From Marsupella aquatica (taxonomy: Eukaryota > Plantae > Marchantiophyta), in assembly GCA_973895155.1 (NCBI GenBank), contig OZ316893.1, forward strand, positions 21,560,955 through 21,624,954: a DNA stretch of 64,000 nt. Direction: 5' to 3'. Made by a program: the position numbers and the translations under genes. The stretch's first letter is position 1. Each line of letters starts with the position of its first letter. This document shows positions 38,953 through 50,730 of this stretch, one piece after another. The notes beneath the pieces were generated by a model. It worked only from the letters and a program-made list of their open reading frames with translations. It did not search any database and had not been told where the DNA came from.

Positions 38953-40086
38953 TGAGCTGGCTGGAGTAAGGGTCTAAGAAACTGCTTGCTCCTGTAACTT
39001 CTTGTGAGACTTTTCTTAATCTGAAATGTTTCTTGGACATGTTAAAGATACCAACTTGGCTACACGGTCATTGCTGCGTTCACGAAAGTAACGATTGTGA
39101 ACATGAGTTCGACTTCTCTGGCCGTGGCTTGTATGCAAGTTTTTGTTGCACACACGTCCCAGCAGCTCATGTTCATGCGACTGGCTATCACGATTGATTG
39201 GTTTGAGAAATTTTGTGTGGCTGGCTGGTTCTCCCTATTATTTATGCTTTGCATGTTGAAGCTAAGTGTTTTTCTGACTAGTCAGTTTCCTACTACGTTT
39301 GATCCAAATTTTCTTTTGATCCACTCTGTTTGGCTGCAAACGAGGTTTGTTATCTCTGCTCTGTCGGATAGCCTCTTAAAACTTATTCTTGTTAATATTC
39401 GTGGAGTGCTTACTGCTCCTTCGTTTTCCAGACCAAACTAGCTGCATCAAGACCGTTTAATAACGCAAAGGCATACACGACGTTTGGATTGGACAGAGAA
39501 TGCTTACTTCATCATGGTCACGCAGTTAAAGAATGTGCTCGCATTAGGGAAAGTGCAGCTTGAAAATGTGCTTGGCAGCTTTGTGAGCTTAGTGTGGAGT
39601 ACATTCTATGAATCCTGCTGTGCGATGAACTGTGTTGCAGTCTTTGTTGTGCTTTGGACGCAGCACAAATATCTTGTAATGTGCTAGAACGTCGTTTCCT
39701 GACAATTTTAACGACTTTTCGATTTTGTCCAGAGACTCTCAAAGACTTTGATTTCCATAAACATAACTTCTGATGCAGTGGCCCATCTTGCCGCACCAGT
39801 GCCTTAAATCCACCTGCCAGGCCCTCAGCAAGTAGATCCGGCTCCAAGCTTCGGGCATCGAGACAGATAATGGAAGAAAATTCCCAGAACCGAGTGCGTT
39901 TGTGAAAACTCCATAGACCAACAAGTAATGCCGAAAAACAATTATTTTTAGATTGCAGCTTCCGTGAGTATTCTAGTGTATAAACGTGAGTTTTCAATTC
40001 TCCTATTTGAGGTACCTGAATGTGTCAATGCATTTCTATCATATAGTAGATCAGTTTATTACACACGGAGTCGAGATTCAAGAGTC

Positions 40087-40087
<1 letters not shown>

Positions 40088-40117
<30 letters not shown>

Positions 40118-40121
40118 CTTC
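40088..40121. repeat. (CTT)11 microsatellite
   Basis: Read directly. Confidence 0.95.
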
Positions 40122-41429
40122 AGGCATATGAATATGATTTTGCTTTTCATGTGGGAAAATTTCTGTGTAGCGATATTTGTTTGGCCCAGCTAGTGCCGGT
40201 GGATGTTTAATCAATTCATTCGTTCCATGTCGTTCGACAATCTCAATCGCTTCAGCCTCATAAGAAAATATGACATGCTGAAAGACCCAAAAACCAGCAC
40301 CATCCAGCTGCCTGCCAAAACACTAGGTAGAATCCTGAGTATTAGACCAGCTCAAAAACAGCCAGTCACCAAGAACATAGTCTTGTTGTGGTTCTGATTT
40401 GTTCAGAGGCCAAGACCAGAGGACAACAGCAACTTTCAAAGCTTAAATCCCCTTTTATTGTCCCAAACTTTTGAGGCGATGTGATATTCCCTCATGTCAA
40501 TTAGGAGCATGTGATCCACCCCCTCGGTGAAAAACCGGAATACACCCTGATGAATTTCTTCCAGCAGAACTCTGTTTTAATGAAAATTTAATTGTTTTAG
40601 TGGTAGGAATGTCATCTAGACTTTTGTCTGCAGTTTATGTGGGAGTTTGAGCTCTCAAAATATTCTGAATTAGTTTTTGACCTGTCCTTGTGTATGCTTC
40701 AATGCAAGGGAGCTTATCCTACCCAACTACTTAGGCCTATGATCCTGGCTAGAATCTATTTATGACTGCAACATAAATAACTTTTTAAGGGGTCACAACA
40801 AACCCTTTAAAATTCTTTCTTTGTCATTTTGTCACAAAAGAGCTTAATGTCCCAGGATGACAATTGCTTGACACTTGTCCATTATTTCAAATCTTTTGGA
40901 GTGTCATGAAATCCTTTAGTTCACCTTTGATGGTCATTGGAAAGTTTTGGAAATTTATTTCTCTTCAAATTTGTTTAGTAAGTAGGTCCCCATGCTAAGC
41001 ACTAGCCCAAAATATCTGAGCCTAAATGATTAAGAGCACAAAGTTTACTTAGACTCGCCCTCTCAATTTCAGGACTGCCAAGTCTAAAGCAGTTTGGTCA
41101 TTCAGGTCCAATCTCTTGCAGCCATTTCCGAGGCACTATAACAAATGAGTTTTCCAAGAATTGTAAACTGCTGTTGTGAATTTTTGTTTGTTAGTCCCTG
41201 TACGTAAGGTTCTGAGGCATTACCTTGCCTGTGAGTCCAAGGAACCACTATGCCATTATGGCCGGGATTATCAAATTTGAATGAGATCACCCAAGTGACA
41301 ACCAGTGGCTTAGTGAAGTGAATGTTTCAAAAATTCAATTGAATACTTTATGCTAGGTAATCCATTTCCACTTGGGGATAATGGGCGCTAAACCCCTCGG
41401 GCTCACCTCCCTTTGGGGTTACGTATATG

Positions 41430-41555
41430 GTTAAGGACGGGAGCTCTCCCTTAATGGGATAGAAAGGTGACTGTATATGGTCGACCCGCGTATGCGGGGA
41501 GACCGTATGCGGGAGACTTTTTATCCCATTTAAGGGACGGGCTCCTGTCCTTAGC
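41430..41555 (+). other. Long foldback (inverted repeat); candidate hairpin RNA/MIRNA precursor or foldback element
   Basis: 41430-41466 pairs with 41517-41555. Inside, CTGTATATGGTC pairs with GACCGTATGCGG, capped by CCCGC-GTAT-GCGGG. Non-Watson-Crick stem positions are G-U on the + strand. Confidence 0.6.
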
Positions 41556-42697
41556 AAAACTTTATGTGTTGAGTTGATACCCCTGATCTGAAGTGTCGCA
41601 TGCGGATTGTATGGAAGTAGCTGAGGGCCTGAGGACCTCAACAACTGGCTGCCACTGTCGATCACCTAGCACTGTGAGGATTCTCCTGTACAGACCTCGA
41701 CTACTCGATGCAACACAATTTACCTGGCTGTAATTTTCAATTCATATTGGTATTCATATTCCCCACAGCTCATACATCGCAGAGAGTCACGCAGCTGCAT
41801 AAAAGAGGCACCACATAAACACCGTATGAATACGGAAATTTCTTAATGAGAAATAATCCGGGAAAAAGAGCCTGATGTGGCAACCTCTGAATGGAGGAAA
41901 CTAATTGAAATCAACCACTCGACCTTAACGTCCTTTTAAAGGTAGTGTGTTCCTTTATTTATAGTCATTGCCTGCTTACTATTGTGCATGTGTAATTACG
42001 ACTCATTATCCGTTCAGTGTATTTTGTTACGGTCATTGTACTATTCACATGCCAGTCACACCAGCATGGACGTTGGGAAGTGAGTCAGCAGGGTCAAATA
42101 TGCAGAATGGTTCAAGGCTGCCAATGGGGTCCCACAATAAATTACACACAACCTGAAAATATGACCAATGCCACCTGTATCCCTGTAACAAGGAATAGGG
42201 TCGCCCTATATCTTGTAAAGGCAGCCGGGTGACCTTAATCCTATACATTACCCCCATTTAGGGATGGGTTCCCTACTCGTAGACCTGCATGACAAAAGTC
42301 TCCTTATGGACCACCCTGAGAAATTCTCTTTTACTGAAGATAGTGAAACCAGTAAATAAATGGCTTTTTTGGGGAAACAAAGTTCCAACTTGAATTCTTG
42401 CAAAAGAAAGTGGCATTGCACAATGTTCAGTAGTTACTTAGATCAGCTCTTCTTTCCTCAATCTAAACCCAACTAACAACAGGCACGAAAAGAAGGGTGC
42501 CTTCGTTCCATTCATGGACACACAAGAGATGCGTATTCTGTGATCAGCAAGCAAGCTGGTTCTATCGATCACTTGTGAACAGCAGCTGCGGTCACGAATT
42601 TCGGATGTACAGTAGGTCCAATTCGTTTCCCAGATGTCGGGCGTTTGATTGCAACACCTTCGTGGTTCCAAAACGGAGAACAGAGGCTTGCTCGGCC

Positions 42698-43741
42698 ATG
42701 GCTGCAGTGCCGTCGTTCACTCTGCGAGTCGCAGCAGCAAATGCGGTAGACTCGACTCGTCTCACTGGCAATCTGTCTAGCAGCTCCCGGTGCCACAGTG
42801 CCTCAAGCAATTCGTTGGGTGTTTGGGCTTCATCTCCTGGTTTCCGCTCTGGTGGGTGTTTCTTTGGGTCCACTGATTCCTTGTGGAAGAGTCATGGAAA
42901 ACTGTCTGCCGCTTCTTCCCATTGTAAGAGTACGAGGAGAGGTGGCAGCAGAGGACGAGAAAGGGCAGGAGTTGCGGTGGTCAGGGCGACGCTGGATGCT
43001 CTGATTTTCGATTGTGATGGAGTGATTCTGGAATCGGAGGATCTGCATCGACAGGCGTACAATCTCACCTTTGAGCACTTCGGCGTGAAATGTGGGTCTG
43101 AATTGGTTATCTGGGACACGGAGTACTACGATGTGTTGCAGAATACTATCGGTGGGGGGAAGCCCAAAATGCGATGGCATTTCGGGCAGAACAGTTGGCC
43201 ATCATCCACAATTCTTAGCACTCCTCCGAGCAGTGAGGTGGACCAGGCCACCCTAATTGATACTCTTCAGGACTGGAAAACCCAAGCGTACAAGGACTTG
43301 ATCAGCTCAGGAGCTGAGGCGCGACCTGGAGTGGTAGAACTGATGGACGAAGCCACTTCACTGGGTTTGAAGGTGGCTGTGTGCTCGGCAGCAACAAAGA
43401 GTTCAGTGGTTTTCTGTCTCCTCAATTTGCTGGGAAAGGAAAGGTTTGAGAATCTCGACTGCTTTCTTGCAGGTGATGATGTGAAGAACAAGAAGCCAGA
43501 TCCCACTATCTACAAGGTCGCAGCAGAGAAGCTAGGTGCAAATCCTGAGCGCTGCTTGGTTGTCGAAGATTCTGTTATTGGCTTGCAAGCAGCACTCGGA
43601 GCTGGGATGAACTGCATCATCACATACACATCCTCAACCTCCGCTCAGGACTTTAATGGTGCCAAGGCTACCTACGCCAATTTGGGAGGAGTCCGTCTCA
43701 AGGAGCTTCTGCCTCTTGTGGAAGCTACCGCAGCTGTCTGA
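42698..43741 (+). CDS. CbbY-like haloacid dehalogenase (HAD) hydrolase with plastid transit peptide (At4g39970-type), intronless
   Basis: Ser/Arg-rich transit peptide from MAAVPSF, then ALIFDCDGVILESEDLHRQAYN (motif I), GGGKPKMRW, VAVCSAATKSS, KKPDPTIY, CLVVEDSVIGLQAA. The ATG at 42698 has a GCCATGG context. Confidence 0.92.
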   Translation: MAAVPSFTLRVAAANAVDSTRLTGNLSSSSRCHSASSNSLGVWASSPGFRSGGCFFGSTDSLWKSHGKLSAASSHCKSTRRGGSRGRERAGVAVVRATLDALIFDCDGVILESEDLHRQAYNLTFEHFGVKCGSELVIWDTEYYDVLQNTIGGGKPKMRWHFGQNSWPSSTILSTPPSSEVDQATLIDTLQDWKTQAYKDLISSGAEARPGVVELMDEATSLGLKVAVCSAATKSSVVFCLLNLLGKERFENLDCFLAGDDVKNKKPDPTIYKVAAEKLGANPERCLVVEDSVIGLQAALGAGMNCIITYTSSTSAQDFNGAKATYANLGGVRLKELLPLVEATAAV

Positions 43742-46700
43742 CAGAATCCATGCAATGAATTCATGGACTAGATAGGCCCTTTGCCATTCAAAGTAATTTA
43801 TTGTTGGCATCGAGAATTTAGTAGGCGATGAGGACCTTTAAGTTTTCTGGAATCCATTGTAGGATGTCTTGATTCATCCCGGGTGACCTGTTATTGCTAC
43901 GCAATAAAATAGTCTAAAATAGTCCAGCTTTCCTGACTGACTTCCATTTGCTCAATTTAAACTGCACTTGACCAAACATCCCTCAATCTACAGTGTCTAT
44001 GGCCTTGTCATCCACTTGGGCATCGAAGAAATGTTGGGAGAGGATAAATTCTTCTGTTTTCCTCGGTGTTACCAACAGTCTCGCCTTTTTGACAGCAGCA
44101 TTCACCAGGACGGCTGTCGTTTTTTGCTTTCAGCTCCTGTGCAAGATTTTCACCCAGTTTGATCTTCAGGAAGGAAACATGGTTTCAGATTTTCGGCGTG
44201 ATGCAGGATCATAAAGAAGTTCAGAGTGGGACATGGAACTGGCAATGAATTTGATGGAAACACACTCTTTGGCTGGCTGTTTGTCTTACTTATGATTCTT
44301 GGCGCTCAGGAAGTTTTCTTTCGGTCGCAAAATCGAACACACCAAACATCTGGGCTTCTAAGTTCAATGTTTGCTCGGATGGCTTGCCACTCGCCAATTC
44401 CTCATCAGCTTCATGAATTTCTTAAACCGGCACCAGATTCTCTATATAAAGAGAGTTGTCTAAAGAGAAGTGTCCACTTCGTCACTGTTTCACAATTTCT
44501 ATCTCCTCATCCTCTACATGCTCCTCTTCGTCAATTTGTAGCTCCCCATCCTCCACAATCATGCTCCACTTCCTCCATGATTCTAGGAGAGCTAACTAAT
44601 TGACTGAATGCACACACATAACACTGGTGAGATCCCAAAACTCTGTTGTATCTACAATTTAGGCAGTCAAGATGAATGGTTGAAATATTCCCAAGAGGTA
44701 ACTAGAGCAATCCAAAACTCAGAGGAAGTGTTTTTTGCCTCGAAAAAACAGATTGAATTTCATTCAAAAAGCCAGCATTCAACAAGGGTGGCCAAACGGG
44801 GTCGTCACGACGACCAAAGGTTGAAGTGCCCAAGAAACCGGGGTGGCCGGCACCAGGAGAGGAAGCAAGACCAAGGAAGGCAGCCAATCCAACGATTTAA
44901 TGTCCATTGCAGCAGGGAGTTGCACACTCCTTGAGACTGGCCACTGAACAGGGAAGGTACTTAAGAGTGGATCTGTGACAGAAGTGTAATTCCATTGGTC
45001 AACTCTGCAGTGCAGCTTCAACTCCTGAACAGGGGAGCACTTCAGGGTGGGCGGGAGGAACAGGTGGTACCTGAAGGGTCTCATCATGAATTTCTCATAA
45101 CCTAGCCCAAGTGCTATAATCAAAAGACCTCTCATTCAAAACATGCCAAAGGAGGATTTCCCAGCCCTGATTCTAAATCTATGATGGGCCCAGTCCTTCC
45201 GGAGGTAAATTCCTAAGCCGTGCCATGATTTGTGGATAACCCGGTGTGGGTTGGAACAGGTGAGGTCGGGTGTGGGTTGGAACGGGTGAGCTCAATAATA
45301 TGAGTGCTTCTCTCCTTCCAGATTTTCCAGTAGACTACCGCCCTCAAATTGTGCCAAATTTCACAGGAACGTCATAAGCGTCAGGTAAAGGGGCTCCTAC
45401 AAAAATATGGGCCGGTTGCAGTTGGATCATGGTATTCACCGTCGCTTTTGGTGCTCGGCCCCGGCTTTCTGTGCTTGGTTTCTGCTCATTTCCACTCACT
45501 GCATTGTTTCGTTGTGTCATCGGTTCCCTGCCCGGTTCCCTGTGCAGATTGGCTTCCATATGCGACTCGTTTTGGCTTTGGTTTGCACTCGATTTGTCTT
45601 CGCTTGGTGTTCGTTTCTGATGCTCAATTTCTTGCTGCTTGATGCTTCGCTCCTTGGATGCGGCTAGATCCTGGGCGCTGCTCGATGCTGCTGCTGCTCG
45701 GTCCTCTTCTCATCCTCGCGGTTGCTTGATCCTCTTTGCATTGTTCTTTCAGCCTCAGGTGGTTTGAATTGGTATAATTTGGCCTCTGGACCGGCTGCTC
45801 GTGGTCAAGCTGTTGGTGCTGCTATGTGCTTGGTGCTGCTGCTTGATGCTGTGTGCTGCTATGTGTTTTTGCTTTGCTCCTCGGTTTTTCAGCGGTTGTG
45901 CGCATGCTGCTGTCAGTAGTGGGCTGTACGTGTCAAGACTAAGCTTTGAAGAAATTGAAGTGAATGAACTCGAGCTATACATTGAGCTATGTATTGCAAG
46001 TTGAAGCATTGGATCTATTGGATTGGAACCTGTTCCTCTTGGTGACAATTGTCGTGCTCTGAACCTGTGTATTGTACGTGCTTATTATTTTTTAATCTCT
46101 AGGCTGTACAGAGGAACCTCAGTGCATTGTGTGGGTTTTTAAACTCTTAACTGTGTATTGTCACGTCTTAGAGAGGGTGTGCAGAGCTCGGCCTAGGGTA
46201 GTGTAGCGGCCAAATGAATGAGCGGCCAAATGAATGATTCATCCCCTTGCATCTTTCTTTCAATCCAAGTTTGTAAAGCGAGTGGTGGGTTTAAAAGGGT
46301 TCACTCTGCTTGGAAGGCTGTCCAGTATTCAATTCCCTTGCAGAGTTTTAAGTGCTTGAGTGTCTTAAAGAGCACTGAAACAGAGCCAACTGCAGCTGAA
46401 AGGCTCTACGAAAAACAATTGCAACACGCATGTCTGGAAAAAATTCCTGCCAGTGCACTGATCTGTTTGGTGTGGAACAATTGTCTTGGAAAACAATAAA
46501 TTCCCACCATTGAGGGGGATTTGGATTAAATGTAACTTTACATTTTCCTTAAAAGGGGTAAAACAATTAAATCAAAAGGAAGGTTTTCTTTTTTGGCAAA
46601 AAGGGTTTGAAAATTATCCATAGGGTAGTTATTTTGGTAAACACCTTACTGTAAGAGCACATTAGGATTCTAGTTTATGCTGAATAGAATATGAAAAAAA

Positions 46701-48899
46701 GGTAACTAGATTTTGCCATATAGCATGTACGGATTTTTTTAGAACCCTTCTCTCCCCCCCCCCCCCCTGCCCCCCCCCCCTCCCCCGATTGGTCTCTCAT
46801 ATCACATGTAGAATGTATGTAGACCATGTTACAGTATCAAACGCCCCTGCTGGTAAATACCCCAAACTCCTAAAAGATAATGCCAAAATAACCATCCTCG
46901 CACCTATGTAAGACCCTAGTAGAATGGCTATAATTATACTATCCTTTTTGCGTTTGAGTGCATAGGTGGCACCGAGAATAAGCAGAGGCACTACTGTCGA
47001 CCCAATTGAATAGTACCTCCAAACCACTCTCTCTCCGAGAGTGGGGAAGTTGAAATCCCAAGCAACGAGATGAATGGCCCCAAAAAGAATGCCTCCCAAA
47101 CAGAAGCCCAATGTGGCCCATATGTCAGCCTTAAATTCTAAAGGAAGGTTAGATTGTATGTATTTCTTAATCTGAAAAGGATTACCAGGTCTAGGACGAC
47201 TGTCAAACCAGTCATCCGAGGTGGGCAATGCTTCAGGACCCTCGTCCAAAAACGTTGGAACACTTACATCTTGAGGTTTGTTCCACCACAACCCGTAGCA
47301 TATTAGAGTGCACATAGAAAACGCAAAAGCCACAATTTCTAGTTGTGAAATCTTTAGATGCTGTTTCCAGCGACCAATCACTTGGAGCATGAACCAGATA
47401 ACTTGGCCTTCTGCAAAGTATTTTAGGAATTTGTCCGTTTTTGCTTTGTTCTGGATATCGGCTTTGGTGGTGAAATCTATTGGGGAGGGAAGAGATTCGA
47501 GATAGATGACCATTCTCTCTGTATTTAACACCAATAAGTCTCTCGGTGGTACTTCAGAATGTCGAAAGATACGGGTAGTAGCAAGCTCTGGCTCAGCGAT
47601 ACTGATATTTGTCGAACTAGGAGTGGTGGCAAGGTCTGGCTTGGCGTTACTGGTATCTGTTGAAACAGGAGTAGTGGGAAGGTCTGGCTGAACGACTACC
47701 CTCCTCCTCAAAATTAATCCATACATCCTAAACTATAATACACAGTTGCGCCAAAAAATGGCGTGGTAGTCATTCAAATTTGGAGTGTCCTTTTGAGTGA
47801 GAATAATTGAAACCTGTAAATATGGAACCAATAAGGGGGAAAAAAAAAAAGAACGTGAGGAAACCTGGTACAGGGCTTGGTGTGCACAAAACAAGTACAC
47901 AAAGATACACAAGACAGGTACTATTGTACCTTCAGGTACAGCATATGAGCTCATTACTCTTAGGAGCCCCAGGTACAAGGTACAAAGGGGATAGAGGTCC
48001 TGTAAAAGGAGGTACAATTGTACCATCATAGTACAACTTTTAAGAGAGAGAGAAGAGCGTAGCTTCTTTCCTTTTGGAGTTTGGAGCTCTCTATTCCAAG
48101 CCCATGTGAGCTTATAAGGGCTCCAGGCATTTTAATGAGTACTTTTAAGCAACAACAACTACCCAATGGCAAGAAGAGGGAGTGTGAAGAGGAGCATTAC
48201 CCAATAGCTAGAAGAGGGAGAGCGATGAGGGAGAGTGAAGAGGAAGGGATGATGACTCCTGAGACTACCCTGGCCCTGGCCTCATCCAAACAACGTAGTT
48301 TTTAGGTGCAAACTTTTGCCAAATTCCACCTCCCCAAAATATGTTCACCACTTTTTCCGTCACTTTTGCCAAAAAATTGCTAGATTCTTTGCATACCATT
48401 GGCCACTCTCCCACCAAATCATGGACCCCATTTGCCAAAATCTAACCGTTGTACATCAATCTAGGGATATCTGATGAAGAAGATATAATTCAAGAAAAAT
48501 TGTTGAAGAATACTCCTAGCATTTTCTTCCTTTGAGAGGCTGACATTTGTCACACTGGCCAAAAACCAAAAAATAATGTTGTAAAAAATGCTAGACCCAA
48601 CATCCCGGGGTGGAATGAAACCCGAGACCCCAAGGTCCCATCCCCAACCTAACTCAATCTTGCCCCGGGTTCCAACTCCCCAACAACCCCTCAGTTGTTG
48701 TTATGTCTTGCCACTTTGTTTAGCACAGGAAGAGGCATGGGGTGGGGGCCAAAATATCTGGATCAAAGTTGGTCTGGGGGTGGCAGGTCCTCCAATGTTG
48801 GAAAGTGTTGCAAACCACACCACCACCCCAGGGGGGCATGGTATTGGCAAGTAAGGAGCCGAGTAAACTTGGATGAGGTTACCAAAGGGGTTCCATGCA

Positions 48900-49420
48900 A
48901 GGGGTAGGCAAATTGTTTTGTTGAAAAGTGGACTGAGTCATGCCGTTGCCCCAAGGGGAATTGGCATTGGGGCGTCCACAGCCACGTAAGTGGCCACGGT
49001 CAACTTTAAGCAAACTAAGCTTAAAGTAACCAAAAAAATTGGGGTTACTGATGGGGTTCCAAGATATATGCAAGGGTAGGGAAAGGGCCGTTGAAAAGTC
49101 AGCCAAGCTGCTCCGTTACCCAAGGGGGTCTTGACATTGGGGCGGCCAATGCCAATTAAGCTATTGCGGCGACTTTAAGTAAGAACTCTAAGGTACGTAG
49201 CCAAAACTTTGGGCCCAATGGGGTTCTAAGATGCAAGGGGTAGTGAAGAGTTGTTGAAAAGTCAGCCAAGCCGTGTCATTATCCCAAGGGGTCTTGGCAT
49301 CCCGCTCGGCATTGGGGCGGCCAAAGCCAAGTAAGTAGCCATGGTAACTTTAAGTAAAAAGCTTAAAGTAACAAAAACTTTGGGGTTATCAATGGGGCTT
49401 CAGGATGCGAGGGGTGGCAA
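48900..49420. repeat. Helitron-internal tandem repeat, ~165-170-bp unit x3
   Basis: GTTGAAAAGT...CCAAGGGG...CATTGGGGCG...ACTTTAAG recurs at ~48920, ~49090 and ~49253. Confidence 0.75.
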
Positions 49421-49479
49421 AAAAGTGGCAACAACTTAACAACTTTTTTTACTTAACATGGTTTACTAGCAATATTTTC

Positions 49480-50730
49480 AATTGTACTTAAGAACATCTT
49501 TTACTTCACAACTTACATCTTTGTCTAATGACATCCCTTTACTTATCGACCATTTTGTACTTAACAAAAAAATACTTAATAACATCTTTCATAAAACATC
49601 ATCTTTTACCTGACAACATCTTGGACATAAAGACATCTTTGGTGCAACGACATCTTTTACTTCACAACATTTTTCACATAAGAACATTTTTTCTTCACGA
49701 CACCTTTGGCATCACGACATCATAGTTCTTAATGACATCTTTTTACTTCACAACATCTTTCACATATTAACAACTTCTTTGGCAACATGACATCTTTTTT
49801 CTTAAAAAAATCTTTGACAACACAACATGTTTTTACTTAACAAAATTGTTGGCAACATCACCTTTTTTCATGACAACATCTTTGGCAACACAACATATTT
49901 TTTCTTAACGACATCTTTTGTGCAACGCACGGGTATTGAGCCATCTTTCACATATTAATGACATATTGGGTGAAATGACACCTTTTTATTTATAACATCT
50001 TTTTACTTCACAATCACTTAGTTTGGCGAAATGACACCTTTTTCTTAACGCCATCTTTCACATAATGACATCTTTGGAAAAATGACTTCTTTTTTCTTAA
50101 CAATATCTTTTTACTTCATGACATCTTTCAGATAACAACATCTTGGGCGACACGACATCTTTTGTGCAATGTACTGATATTTTTCCTCAATGACGTCTTG
50201 GCCAACACGACATCTGTTTTCTCAACGACGTCTTGGCCGACACGACTCTTTTTTCACAATGATGTCTTGCCCGACACAACATATTTTCTCTCAACGACGT
50301 CTTGGCCGACATGACATCTTTTTTCTCAACGACTTCTTTGCCAACACAAGATCCTTTATCTCAATGATTTCTTGGCCGGTCACACGACATCTTTTTTATC
50401 AATGAGATCTTGGCCAACACGACATCATTTTTCTCAACGACCTCTTGGCCAATACAACTTTTTTTTCTCAACAACCTCTTGGTCAACACGACATCTTTTT
50501 TCTCAATCAAATCTTGGCCGACATGACATCTTAGTCGACACGACATCTTTTGTTCTCAACGACATCTTGGCCGACACGACATATTTTGTTTATCATCAAC
50601 ATCTTGCCGACACGACATCTTTTGTTCTCAAAAATTTCTTGGGCGACACGACATCTTTCTTCTCAACAACCTCTTGGCCGACATGACCTCTTTCGTTCTC
50701 AACGACATCTTGGCCGTCACGACATCTTTT
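49480..50730. repeat. Helitron-subterminal minisatellite, ~33-38-bp unit (CAACGACATCTTGGCCGACACGACATCTTTTTTCT), more degenerate toward the 5' side
   Basis: Many GACATCTT and TTGGCCGACACGAC blocks, best conserved at 50190-50730. Confidence 0.85.

Noticed and set aside
42497-42697. N-terminal 67 aa of the 414-aa HAD ORF
   Set aside because: It begins at a GTG. The ATG at 42698 has a strong context and starts a typical transit peptide.
43950-45200. Several 100-125-aa ORFs downstream of the HAD gene
   Set aside because: No recognisable domain or consistent splice structure. Probably degenerate repeat DNA.
49480-50730. Regularly spaced ~35-bp repeats resembling a CRISPR array (also 11095-11520)
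   Set aside because: The units are contiguous and degenerate with no unique spacers, there are no cas genes, and the context is eukaryotic, so these are minisatellites.
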